Source: Acutalibacteraceae bacterium
Lineage (GTDB): Bacteria; Bacillota; Clostridia; Oscillospirales; Acutalibacteraceae
DNA length: 64,000 nucleotides
Direction: 5' to 3'
NCBI GenBank assembly: GCA_045593535.1
Contig: JAZNWW010000024.1
Span: forward strand, 1,052-65,051
Made by a program: the position numbers and the translations under genes. The notes beneath the pieces are model-generated. The model was not told the origin of the DNA and ran no database searches. It was given only the letters and a program-made list of their open reading frames with translations. This document shows positions 21,692 through 31,160 of the stretch, piece after piece (within the stretch, counting starts at the first letter, position 1; each line of letters begins with the position of its first letter).

Positions 21692-23026
21692 TTATTTTGA
21701 ACCAAAATTATCAACGAGCCATTTATTTTCAGATTTAACAACGCTGTTAGCCTTCTCAACTATACGCTCGATAGTAGGAAGTTTACTGTCAATATAACTG
21801 CGAACCTGTGAAGGAGTTGATCTGAACGACCATTGTTCAAAGTATTTGATTTCTCTTTCTGTATTACCGGTAGCAACAGCCATACCTTCTGTATAATAGT
21901 AATTAATATTTTGTGTTTCGCCGGTAACTTTGAAGAAGAAGTTTGCTGCATCTTCGTTATGGAAGGTATCGTCTAAGTCATAATTGTTAACATCAAGATA
22001 TTCTCTCAAGAAAATACCGGCAGCTACAGGGTTTTTCGCTCCACGAATAAGTCCCCAACCACGATAAATACCTGTTGTAATCTGCTCACTGTTTTTATCA
22101 TATCTTGGCAAATATGTAACACCAATGTTGTCAGAATTAAAGGTAGAATAATATCCCGTACGCTTAAGAGCATAACAGTTTGTAAGCGCCATACCTACTT
22201 TGCCATTTGAAAATTCAGATCTTGTAGGTGTAATAAGTCCTTCGTTAAATAATTCCGAAAGTTTTATGGTAGCATCATAATATCTATCATTTATATTAGC
22301 TTTAAACTTGCCATTTTCGTATGAATATGTTTGAGCGCCACAGATACCTAAGAAAATTTCACCCAAAACGGTAGCACCCGTATATCCTTTTCCAAGAGCG
22401 GTAATATCACGACAAGCCTTTTTAAAGGTTTCCAATGTCCAAGAACCTGCCTCGTAATATTCTGCAGGACTTGTTATACCGTTTTGTTCAAAAAGGGCTT
22501 TGTTATATACACAAATATCAACCTCTGCCCAAACGTTGCTAAGAGTATCTACTAAGTAAGGATGACCATTAACTGTAGAATTTTTTAGTGTTGTTTGATT
22601 CCAAATGGGGTCTTTTAAATTAAGTTTTGCAGCATCAAGTGGCTGCATAACAGTAAGCGAGCCGGGGAAAGTACCGTTAACAAAGCAAATATCACCCTGT
22701 GTTCCCGAAGCAATACTTGCAGCAATTGTATTAACGTAATCATCTTGAGAAACAAGATTAATATTTACATTTATACCATACTTCTTCTCAAAAGCATCCA
22801 CAACCGGACCATCTTCATTCTTATCAGGGTCCTTCCAAGTAACGTAGGTAATGGTTGTTCCACGATAATCTTCTACATTAACGTTAGGATTTTTATTGGT
22901 AGCCGACATTCCGGTACCGCCATTACCATCAGCAGAAGTTTCCTTCTTTCCGGAGCAACCTGTGAAAACACAGGCTACCATAGCAATTGCAACTAATAAT
23001 GACAAAATTCTCTTAATACTATTCAT
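21692..23026 (-). CDS. ABC (CUT1) extracellular solute-binding lipoprotein
   Basis: Lipobox VFTGCSG, 444 aa, adjacent to a permease pair. Confidence 0.8.
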   Translation of the reverse strand: MNSIKRILSLLVAIAMVACVFTGCSGKKETSADGNGGTGMSATNKNPNVNVEDYRGTTITYVTWKDPDKNEDGPVVDAFEKKYGINVNINLVSQDDYVNTIAASIASGTQGDICFVNGTFPGSLTVMQPLDAAKLNLKDPIWNQTTLKNSTVNGHPYLVDTLSNVWAEVDICVYNKALFEQNGITSPAEYYEAGSWTLETFKKACRDITALGKGYTGATVLGEIFLGICGAQTYSYENGKFKANINDRYYDATIKLSELFNEGLITPTRSEFSNGKVGMALTNCYALKRTGYYSTFNSDNIGVTYLPRYDKNSEQITTGIYRGWGLIRGAKNPVAAGIFLREYLDVNNYDLDDTFHNEDAANFFFKVTGETQNINYYYTEGMAVATGNTEREIKYFEQWSFRSTPSQVRSYIDSKLPTIERIVEKANSVVKSENKWLVDNFGSK

Positions 23027-23063
23027 AATAACTCTCCTTATATTTTATATATTCAAGAAAACA

Positions 23064-24062
23064 CTAACCGGTAATACCTACACGATCTATGCTTTCTATA
23101 AATCTTTTTTGTGCTATGATATAGAAAATTAAAAGCGGTGCTATAAACAATATACATGCCGCCATCATCATCGACTGCGTTTCAGGTACTCTGCTACTGC
23201 CAAGTGCACCTGTAAAAGAATTTTCTATCCTACTTAGCATTACTGAAAGCGTTTGATGCGATGCGTTCATAATATACATATTAGCAAGCAATGTATCATT
23301 CCAATGCCATACAACTGAGAATACTGTTACCGTAGTAAATACAACTCCCGATGACGGCAACGCTATACGTATAAAAGTTTTTATTGGGCCTGCGCCATCT
23401 ACCCATGCTGCTTCTTCAAGCTCCCTTGGAAGCCCCTTGAAAAATTGAATGTATATAAATATCAATATTCCACTTCTTAAACCAATAGCAAATAAAGATG
23501 GCAGATAGAACGCCCACGGTGTTCCTATAAGATTTATCTTAATATTTGCGCCTGTTGTCTTATTTATTAAGCCTAAAATACCCAAAAAGTCTAAATTTGA
23601 ATATGTTACCATTCTTGGAATTATCATCATTGCTTCGGGAATAATTATGGTTAAAAACAAACCTGCCATCATTATTCCTTTAAGTTTAAAGTTAAATCTC
23701 GCAAAACCGTATGCCGCAACAGAACAAGTAATAATTTCCAATATAGCTGCAACTATTTCAAATAGCAAAGTTGACTTTAATGATGAAAAATAATCTACCA
23801 AATCCATAGCCATAGAATAGTTGTATTTAGGATTGACATCAAAAGGCAACCACACTCTACCTGATGTATAATATTCACCTCTTGCCTTTAATGAGGCGAC
23901 AAACATATATAGAAGCGGATAAATAATTATATATCCTATTGCCGAAAGCACAAGCAACCTGATTATTGGAAGAAAAAACCTTGAAGCCAAATTTTCTACT
24001 CGTTTTTTCTGCCTTATTGCTAAAGAAGGATCTTCTATAAATTTATTAAATAAATTTTCCAT
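23064..24062 (-). CDS. Carbohydrate ABC transporter permease (MalG-like)
   Basis: EAA loop ELEEAAWVDGAG. The start is moved to the ATG at 24062, which has AGGAGG upstream. Confidence 0.85.
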   Translation of the reverse strand: MENLFNKFIEDPSLAIRQKKRVENLASRFFLPIIRLLVLSAIGYIIIYPLLYMFVASLKARGEYYTSGRVWLPFDVNPKYNYSMAMDLVDYFSSLKSTLLFEIVAAILEIITCSVAAYGFARFNFKLKGIMMAGLFLTIIIPEAMMIIPRMVTYSNLDFLGILGLINKTTGANIKINLIGTPWAFYLPSLFAIGLRSGILIFIYIQFFKGLPRELEEAAWVDGAGPIKTFIRIALPSSGVVFTTVTVFSVVWHWNDTLLANMYIMNASHQTLSVMLSRIENSFTGALGSSRVPETQSMMMAACILFIAPLLIFYIIAQKRFIESIDRVGITG

Positions 24063-24076
24063 AACTAATTCCTCCT

Positions 24077-24973
24077 TTACTGCCAACGTCTTAATAGAAT
24101 ACGATAATATGCATATAATAATACACCCATTAACGCACTCATTATAAGGAAATAGAACCAAAGCATTGCTGAAGGTGTATCATATACACCACCCGTGCTC
24201 ATCATAGACAGAGCCTTCGACACAACCTGATTTTTCATTGAAGTAAAGAGGTCTACCGTTGTATAAACTATAACAAGCAATGTTACACTTCCGAGCATTG
24301 GAAAAGTAATAAACCAAAACTCCTGCCATTTTGAAGCTCCTTCTACGCGAGATGCCTCATATAACGAAGCAGGTATCGATTGAAGACCGGCAATTACTAA
24401 TACAATCTGTATTCCGCAACTCCAAACAAGGTCAAAAATAGCATTTATAATTTGTTTTACATACTCTGCAATCGAATCAGGAAGATTTAACCAAGCGACC
24501 ACGTCCTCTACGCCGAACATAGAATCTGTTATCGATGCACTTACACCTGCAGATACTAAATCCGAACTTGTTGTTTTAAACATAAGTTCCATTACAACAC
24601 CTGATGCTATAATAACCGGGGTAAAATACATTGCTCGAAAAAACACTCTGCCCTTAAAATTTTGATTAAGAAGTAATGCGATTACGATAGAAAGTAATAA
24701 AATTATAGGAAGCGAATATAAAAACATTCCTATATCCTTTAAAATATCAGAAGTATAATCCGGGTCAACTGTAAGTAATTCCTTATAGTTGGTTAAACCT
24801 ACAAAAGAAATCCTTACGGGAAAATCCATAATTACATCAGAGAATGAATAACGTAATGATTGAAAAATCGGGATAGCGAAAAAAACTATAAATCCTATCG
24901 CCCAATGCAAAGTAAACATATAACCATAACTGCTTTTAAGTTGTTCTATACTTCTGTGCTTTTTCTTTTTCAT
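24077..24973 (-). CDS. Carbohydrate ABC transporter permease (MalF-like)
   Basis: EAA loop YEASRVEGASKWQ, six TM segments. Confidence 0.85.
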   Translation of the reverse strand: MKKKKHRSIEQLKSSYGYMFTLHWAIGFIVFFAIPIFQSLRYSFSDVIMDFPVRISFVGLTNYKELLTVDPDYTSDILKDIGMFLYSLPIILLLSIVIALLLNQNFKGRVFFRAMYFTPVIIASGVVMELMFKTTSSDLVSAGVSASITDSMFGVEDVVAWLNLPDSIAEYVKQIINAIFDLVWSCGIQIVLVIAGLQSIPASLYEASRVEGASKWQEFWFITFPMLGSVTLLVIVYTTVDLFTSMKNQVVSKALSMMSTGGVYDTPSAMLWFYFLIMSALMGVLLYAYYRILLRRWQ

Positions 24974-24979
24974 TACATA

Positions 24980-27199
24980 TCACCCCCAGATATAACCATT
25001 CGGTTCTACCTCTCCCAAAGGTGAGGACAAGGAACTTTTGGAATAATTCACATAAACCTTTATACCGTTTGAAAATTCCGTTACACGCAATCCGTTTTCA
25101 AGTATATTGTGCGATGTTATAAATTGATTTTGAATTGCATTAAAATAATCAGACAATTCATTTATATTATTATATAAAGAATCCTTTAAATTGGAAAACT
25201 CGCTACCAAAGAAATAATAATTGCTTGAATTTGAAAATTCATTATCATACTTTGAGATAACTATATAGTTTATACCGCTTCCGCCTTCTATTGAGTGTAA
25301 AATTTGCTTTTTCTCATTAGAAGCAAGATTTACAGCTTCTGTTGTCATAGGAATATATCCCTTAAACACCATTTGATAAAAAGGAACATCAGTACTAAAG
25401 ATATTCTCTCCGGATGATATAGTTGGTACATCATAAATAATATCAGATGCCAAAGCCGCATAAACATTAGCATCGGTTGAAGCAACCTTATAGCTTTCTT
25501 TCACAGATGACATAATTGCGGTTACATCTTTTTCTATATTACCTTTAGAATAATAGGTGGCGGATTTCTGGTCAGAATAATCAGAATAAGAGATTTGCGA
25601 TAAAGTCTCAAAACTTACACCGCTAAGCGACCAATTCTTTATTCTTTTTAGAAGTTTTTCTCCGCCTTTAACCAAATATTTTCTTGAAAGTAAATAATAC
25701 TTGGTATCTGTTATTCTACTTCTTGTAGCTACGTGATAGTCGTATAACTCGGTTACCTTTAAGCAGGTATTTTGTGCTACATCAAACATATTGGAAAAAC
25801 CTGAACTCGAATTTTTTAGTCTTACTAAATCAAAATCATAATAAAGGTCAATATCATTATCCTTACAATATTTATTAAGCAATTCTAAATCTTTTTTGTT
25901 ACCCAAATTGCTATTAATTTCAAAATCACCGGCATATGAAGATAAGTCAAGACCTGTAGCACCGTATCCTATAAGTTTAGCACTTATATCAACATTTGTA
26001 TTTGCTTTAATTTCTTTTAATATTTCCTGTGCTTGTGTTAATGTAGTCGCAGATAGCAATGTTTTATACGGAACGCCCAAAAAAGAGCGACTAACCATCT
26101 GACCGCCTACCATTGTTACACTAAGCGGTATGTCAGAAACTTTTTTTGTCAAATATCCGTTATTTTGCAAATAGTTTCTATATATTTCAGCCATACCCGA
26201 ATAGCTTGCCTTTTCGCCTAAGAGGGGGTAAAAACCTACTGTCATAGGAGTTGTAACCATTGATGTTGCATACACATCCTGATTATTCGCTGCTTTATTA
26301 CTAAAGTTTTCGTTATAGCCTCTTAACTGAAATTTAGCGCAAACCGAACTGTAACCGATTGTTCCTGAACCCGCTTTAACAAATATATTGGCAGATTCCG
26401 CAGCGGTTTCTATAATTGCGCAAGTACCTTTATCATCCTGCTTTGCACCATATACGGGAAGTCTTATCTGTTTCTCTGTGGATGTATAGTCATCCATTGT
26501 CATAACCTGATCTCTACCATATACAGAAGCGGAATAAATCACACCAGCCTGTGACCTTTCATCCGTATTCACAAGCGCTCCCGAGCCTGAGGGCACAAAC
26601 AAATAAGAATTTTCAGAATTATTTTCGGTCGAACACCAATAAGGAGTTATAGAAACAGATGCTAATTTTTTGTCATTTTCCTGAACTTTATTAGGGTCAA
26701 CAGTAATTGCCAGACTATCCTTTCGTAGTACATATTCAACCGGTACCATAATTTCGGCAGATTTGAAATAATACTCTACCCTAACACCATTTTCAATTTC
26801 TTCCGCCCTTACTTTTCCGTTAGTCACCGCATCTATATACGAATAAGCCGCTTCTAATGAATAGGAAGCATCATTTACATATTCTATCGAAATGGCAGTC
26901 TCTAGTTCTGGATGCCTCTTTATCGGTATGCCATATTCATCTACTGTGGGCACACCTTCTTTTGAAGAAGAAATTTCCCATCTTTTACCGCTTTGCTTAT
27001 CTACCAAAGCAACACTGTAATTCTTCTTCACCCATTCAAGAGAGAGGGTTTCATTTTCAGCTATAACCGTTTTATCAAGCTGTTTTTTTTCGGCTTTAGA
27101 ATCATATTTTTGGGCAACCCAAGCAACTTGCTTTCCGCAGCCTGCTAAGGATAAAACCGTAGTAATACAAATAACCAAAGCCAATATTTTCTTTTTCAA
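24980..27199 (-). CDS. 739-aa lipoprotein of unknown function (possibly DUF5696-type; unverified recollection)
   Basis: Lipobox LSLAGCGK. I recognise no catalytic motif. Confidence 0.5.
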   Translation of the reverse strand: MKKKILALVICITTVLSLAGCGKQVAWVAQKYDSKAEKKQLDKTVIAENETLSLEWVKKNYSVALVDKQSGKRWEISSSKEGVPTVDEYGIPIKRHPELETAISIEYVNDASYSLEAAYSYIDAVTNGKVRAEEIENGVRVEYYFKSAEIMVPVEYVLRKDSLAITVDPNKVQENDKKLASVSITPYWCSTENNSENSYLFVPSGSGALVNTDERSQAGVIYSASVYGRDQVMTMDDYTSTEKQIRLPVYGAKQDDKGTCAIIETAAESANIFVKAGSGTIGYSSVCAKFQLRGYNENFSNKAANNQDVYATSMVTTPMTVGFYPLLGEKASYSGMAEIYRNYLQNNGYLTKKVSDIPLSVTMVGGQMVSRSFLGVPYKTLLSATTLTQAQEILKEIKANTNVDISAKLIGYGATGLDLSSYAGDFEINSNLGNKKDLELLNKYCKDNDIDLYYDFDLVRLKNSSSGFSNMFDVAQNTCLKVTELYDYHVATRSRITDTKYYLLSRKYLVKGGEKLLKRIKNWSLSGVSFETLSQISYSDYSDQKSATYYSKGNIEKDVTAIMSSVKESYKVASTDANVYAALASDIIYDVPTISSGENIFSTDVPFYQMVFKGYIPMTTEAVNLASNEKKQILHSIEGGSGINYIVISKYDNEFSNSSNYYFFGSEFSNLKDSLYNNINELSDYFNAIQNQFITSHNILENGLRVTEFSNGIKVYVNYSKSSLSSPLGEVEPNGYIWG

Positions 27200-27214
27200 A
27201 CAAAACCCTCCTTA

Positions 27215-29314
27215 TCAATATAGTAATTCGGTAAATAATGTGGTTACAAATCCACCTAGCTGCTGTAATAATATTCCTACAAGAACCAATAAGAATACTA
27301 TTGCCGCCACTCCCAAAACAGAAAGCAAGCTGGTTCCGATAAACTTACCGAAATTGTATTCGTGAATACGCATCATACCGATTATAAGTAAAATTCCTAC
27401 CCACATAATAGATACAACCGACAGAATACTTAAAAAAGCTGATTCTTCAGGCAAAAGTATATTAGTAAGAATTATCCATACAATTCTTTCAAAAATCATC
27501 GGAATAATACTATATGACGTAACAATAATAATCTCTTTTGTTGTTCCTTTACCATCCATTAAAGAGCATACAAGTATATTAGAAATTATCCATAAAACTA
27601 CCAATCCAATACTTTGAACAAACACCCACAAGGAGTTAAATGTCGCAGGGTCATAGGATGTAAAAAGAAATCCTCCAAACAACTGTTTGATTACAGCAGT
27701 TACATAAAATATAATCAATATAAAAAATGCCAGTCCGAGAGAGCCTTTTTTCTTATTCTTTATAGTTTCAAAAGATACTCCCGGATGAAAAAGAGTGCTA
27801 AACATTAAACGGACTTCGTTATTTTTAATAAGAACTACGTTCTTTTTCTTTGCAATTACCATAAATACAATTATTGCGATTATAATAACTACCATGCTTG
27901 TAAAAATCCATAAAAAGTTTTCAGAAATCCATATTTTTCGTTGATATTTATATGCCAGCGCATAGGTTTCACGGTCATAACCTTCGAGCGCTGTTTCCAT
28001 TGCTTTATCATAATTTTTTTCAGCTAAGTATGCACGAGCCAAACCATTATAAGCAACTTGAAGGTTATTATCCTCCTTCAGTACCTCTGCCCAACCCTCT
28101 TTTGTTTCAAGATAATCGCCTTTAAGGGTAAGAGTAATAAGATTTTTGACCTTAATTCCGTACTCATTAATTGTAAATACCGTAAGTGAGTTATTAACCT
28201 TATCGCACACTATAACATCATCATCATTAAGCGCTAATGCCGAAGCCGAAGAAAATGTTCCAAGCTGAGTGCCTTGACCCATTCCGCCACCAAAAGCAGT
28301 TAGCATACGACAGTCAGCATCATACAAATAAACTCTGCCGTAACCTGAATCGAGGAAATATATAAAACCGTTCTTATCAACCGCAACTGAAGATAGCTTT
28401 TGAGCAAAGGGATAACCTAAAAATGTGCGGTTTATGCCGTCGTCAGCAAAATTAACCGACTCAGAATCAATTATATTGTTTCCGGCACCGGGATTTAGTT
28501 TTTTAACCTGAGCCTGTGTGGCACTATCAGTTATGGTATAAACAAAATCTTCGCCGTCTATTATTATATCGTTAAAACTAAAGGGTAATGCTTTTGCAGA
28601 ACGGTCAGCCTTCTCATTATTTGGAAACATTCTCTCGAAAAGACTTCCAATAGCGCCCAAAACACCATTGGTAACAGTATTGGCGCCATAGAAACCAATA
28701 AATTCCTTATCAGGTGCATAAAGCAAAGCACCATAATACGAACCTCTGCAAAGAATATAAGCATAGCCTCGTGAATCAACCGCTATACTTATAGGTTGAA
28801 AACTAAAATCTGATGGTATTAGTGGCGATTTTGGCAGTACAAATTCGTCTATATAATTACCATCATTATCACAATGCAATACACGTTTATTATCGGTATC
28901 ACATATATATATTGATCCATCAGTATGCACATAAACATTTTGCGCCCCTGTGTAATCGTACATTTCTGCTCCTTTTATTTGAGCAATTTCCTTTACGTAG
29001 TTATAATTTGTGTCCAACACAACAATGCGAGAATTTGAATCAAGCAAATAAATATAACCGTTTGCTACACATACGTCGCACAGCTCGCCAAAACTTTCAA
29101 TTCCTAAAGTTTTGGCCGTATATGATGTAGTTGCAGAATACATCGGTTTGTTTTGAACTAATTTTCTGCCATTTCCTGAAATATCTTCCCAATAAGTATA
29201 ATTTTCATATGGCACATACTCGGAGCTTTCCGCAAAAACCGTAATCGGTAGAAGACAGCATATTACAGCAATCATTATAAGGGCAAACAATCTTTTAAAA
29301 ATTCTATTTTTCAT
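27215..29314 (-). CDS. Secreted NHL-repeat beta-propeller fused to a TPR-like linker and a C-terminal Yip1-type multi-TM domain
   Basis: Signal/TM segment, then repeated NHL-like blades: GYIYLLDSNSRIVVLD, GSIYICDTDNKRVLH, GFIYFLDSGYGRVYLYD, VIVCDKVNNSLTVF. About 5 TM helices follow. The start is moved to the ATG at 29314. Confidence 0.6.
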   Translation of the reverse strand: MKNRIFKRLFALIMIAVICCLLPITVFAESSEYVPYENYTYWEDISGNGRKLVQNKPMYSATTSYTAKTLGIESFGELCDVCVANGYIYLLDSNSRIVVLDTNYNYVKEIAQIKGAEMYDYTGAQNVYVHTDGSIYICDTDNKRVLHCDNDGNYIDEFVLPKSPLIPSDFSFQPISIAVDSRGYAYILCRGSYYGALLYAPDKEFIGFYGANTVTNGVLGAIGSLFERMFPNNEKADRSAKALPFSFNDIIIDGEDFVYTITDSATQAQVKKLNPGAGNNIIDSESVNFADDGINRTFLGYPFAQKLSSVAVDKNGFIYFLDSGYGRVYLYDADCRMLTAFGGGMGQGTQLGTFSSASALALNDDDVIVCDKVNNSLTVFTINEYGIKVKNLITLTLKGDYLETKEGWAEVLKEDNNLQVAYNGLARAYLAEKNYDKAMETALEGYDRETYALAYKYQRKIWISENFLWIFTSMVVIIIAIIVFMVIAKKKNVVLIKNNEVRLMFSTLFHPGVSFETIKNKKKGSLGLAFFILIIFYVTAVIKQLFGGFLFTSYDPATFNSLWVFVQSIGLVVLWIISNILVCSLMDGKGTTKEIIIVTSYSIIPMIFERIVWIILTNILLPEESAFLSILSVVSIMWVGILLIIGMMRIHEYNFGKFIGTSLLSVLGVAAIVFLLVLVGILLQQLGGFVTTLFTELLY

Positions 29315-29324
29315 AATTAGCCCC

Positions 29325-30221
29325 CTATTCCTTAATTCCTGCACTTGTCATTGCTTCTACAACGTTACTTTGAGAAATAAGGTAAACCAAAATCGGCGGT
29401 ATCATCATTATTACCGTCATAGCCATAGCACTTCCCGAACGGGCAATACCACCCGTAACTATCTGAGAAGTAATCATAGGCAATGTTTTAATTTTTTCTG
29501 TAAATACCGTACTGTTAGGCACTGTATTCCATATATCTCTAAATCCGAAAAGCATAAGGGTAAGCCACGCAGGCTTAACAGTAGGCATAACTATATTCCA
29601 GAACACTTTGAAATATCCTGCACCATCAATTTTAGCCGCTTCTATAAGAGCATCAGGGACATAACCTTCTATATACTGTTTCATAAGAAAAACGCCTAAA
29701 GTAGATGCCAAATGAGGCAAAATATATATCCAATATGTATCTATAATGTTCATACGTGCATACACAATATAAGAAGGAATTGAAAGTGTATATGTATTAA
29801 ACATTAGGGCAAACTGAATTACCAAAAATAGAGTTTTCCTGCCTTTAAATTTACCTTTTGAAAGACCAAACGCCATCATCGCAGAACATATGATATATAA
29901 AAAAGTTGTAATTGAGGCTATAAACAGACTGTTTACAACATACCGTGACAGAGGTATAGACAAATTGGAAAGTAAATCAGGCAATGCCAAATAGTTAGAC
30001 GTTGTAATTCTTTGTACAAAAAATCTTGGAGGGAATATAAGCAACTCATCTATTGGCTTAAAGGATGTCATAACGGCATAAATAAGCGGAAGCATTGAAA
30101 AAAGCCCGCCCAAAATCAAAAATAGTATATAGAAAAGATTGCCAACTTTAGAGCGTGTATATCTTCTTACCTGACTGCTTTTATGTCTTACAGGAAGCCT
30201 TAAAGAAATTTTTGATTTCAT
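29325..30221 (-). CDS. Carbohydrate ABC transporter permease
   Basis: EAA loop LIEAAKIDGAGYF. The start is moved to the ATG at 30221. Confidence 0.85.
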   Translation of the reverse strand: MKSKISLRLPVRHKSSQVRRYTRSKVGNLFYILFLILGGLFSMLPLIYAVMTSFKPIDELLIFPPRFFVQRITTSNYLALPDLLSNLSIPLSRYVVNSLFIASITTFLYIICSAMMAFGLSKGKFKGRKTLFLVIQFALMFNTYTLSIPSYIVYARMNIIDTYWIYILPHLASTLGVFLMKQYIEGYVPDALIEAAKIDGAGYFKVFWNIVMPTVKPAWLTLMLFGFRDIWNTVPNSTVFTEKIKTLPMITSQIVTGGIARSGSAMAMTVIMMIPPILVYLISQSNVVEAMTSAGIKE

Positions 30222-30231
30222 AACTATTTCC

Positions 30232-31146
30232 TCACTTTCCAGCCATAGACAAAATTTTGCCAACAATTAGTCTGGTTGAGGCCATCATAGCAAATAAAAC
30301 TATTGCTATTGCTGCTGCATAACCATATTCAAATCTAACTGTTGCCATATCTGTCATATGGGATACTATAGTATCAGCAGCATATTGAGTACTTGGGAAA
30401 CCCGCAAGCTCTATTGCTATTGCACTAACAGAGAAGCTTGATTGTATTTGCATAACCGCACTAAATAACAACATATGCGACATCGCCGGTAAGGTTATAT
30501 ATCTCAATTCCTGCCAACGTGAACGAATGCCGTCAATAGCTCCTGCTTCATACAAATCAGTGCTTACATTTTGAAGACCTGAAATATTTGAAAGGAATGA
30601 AATACCCATACTCTGCCATAATTGAACAATAATTATAATCGGCAAAATATATTCTGGGGTTTTAAGCCATACCACAGGCTCGGTTATAACTCCCATCGTA
30701 AGTAAAAGACTGTTTAAATAACCGTAGCTCTCGCCACTGAATAATACCTTCCAAATAAAATATGCATTTCCTACAAGCGAAGGAGAATAAAACATAAAAG
30801 AAAGTAACGTTCTAACTTTTGGTGAAAATTCGTTTACAAACCACGCAAGTACGAAGGAAAGCAAAAATCCCATAGGTCCTGCCACAGCAGCAAATACTAA
30901 TGTGTTTTTTACTACTGTTCCAAATACCTCGTCTTCAACAAACATTCTTTTAAAGTTTTCTATTCCAATAAAATCCGGTTTTCCAAGTAAATCATAAGAA
31001 GTAAATCCTAAGATTACGGATGAGAATATTGGTATTATTGTAAATAAAATAAAAAATACCATAAAAGGAGTCATCATTATAAACAAAGGCATTTGTTCTC
31101 GCAACGAATTCAATTTGCTTGAATTGTTTAACTTTGTTTTTGTCAT
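30232..31146 (-). CDS. Carbohydrate ABC transporter permease
   Basis: EAA loop LYEAGAIDGIRSRWQ. The start is moved to the ATG at 31146, which has AAAGGAG upstream. Confidence 0.85.
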   Translation of the reverse strand: MTKTKLNNSSKLNSLREQMPLFIMMTPFMVFFILFTIIPIFSSVILGFTSYDLLGKPDFIGIENFKRMFVEDEVFGTVVKNTLVFAAVAGPMGFLLSFVLAWFVNEFSPKVRTLLSFMFYSPSLVGNAYFIWKVLFSGESYGYLNSLLLTMGVITEPVVWLKTPEYILPIIIIVQLWQSMGISFLSNISGLQNVSTDLYEAGAIDGIRSRWQELRYITLPAMSHMLLFSAVMQIQSSFSVSAIAIELAGFPSTQYAADTIVSHMTDMATVRFEYGYAAAIAIVLFAMMASTRLIVGKILSMAGK

Positions 31147-31160
31147 TTTTATTACTCCTT

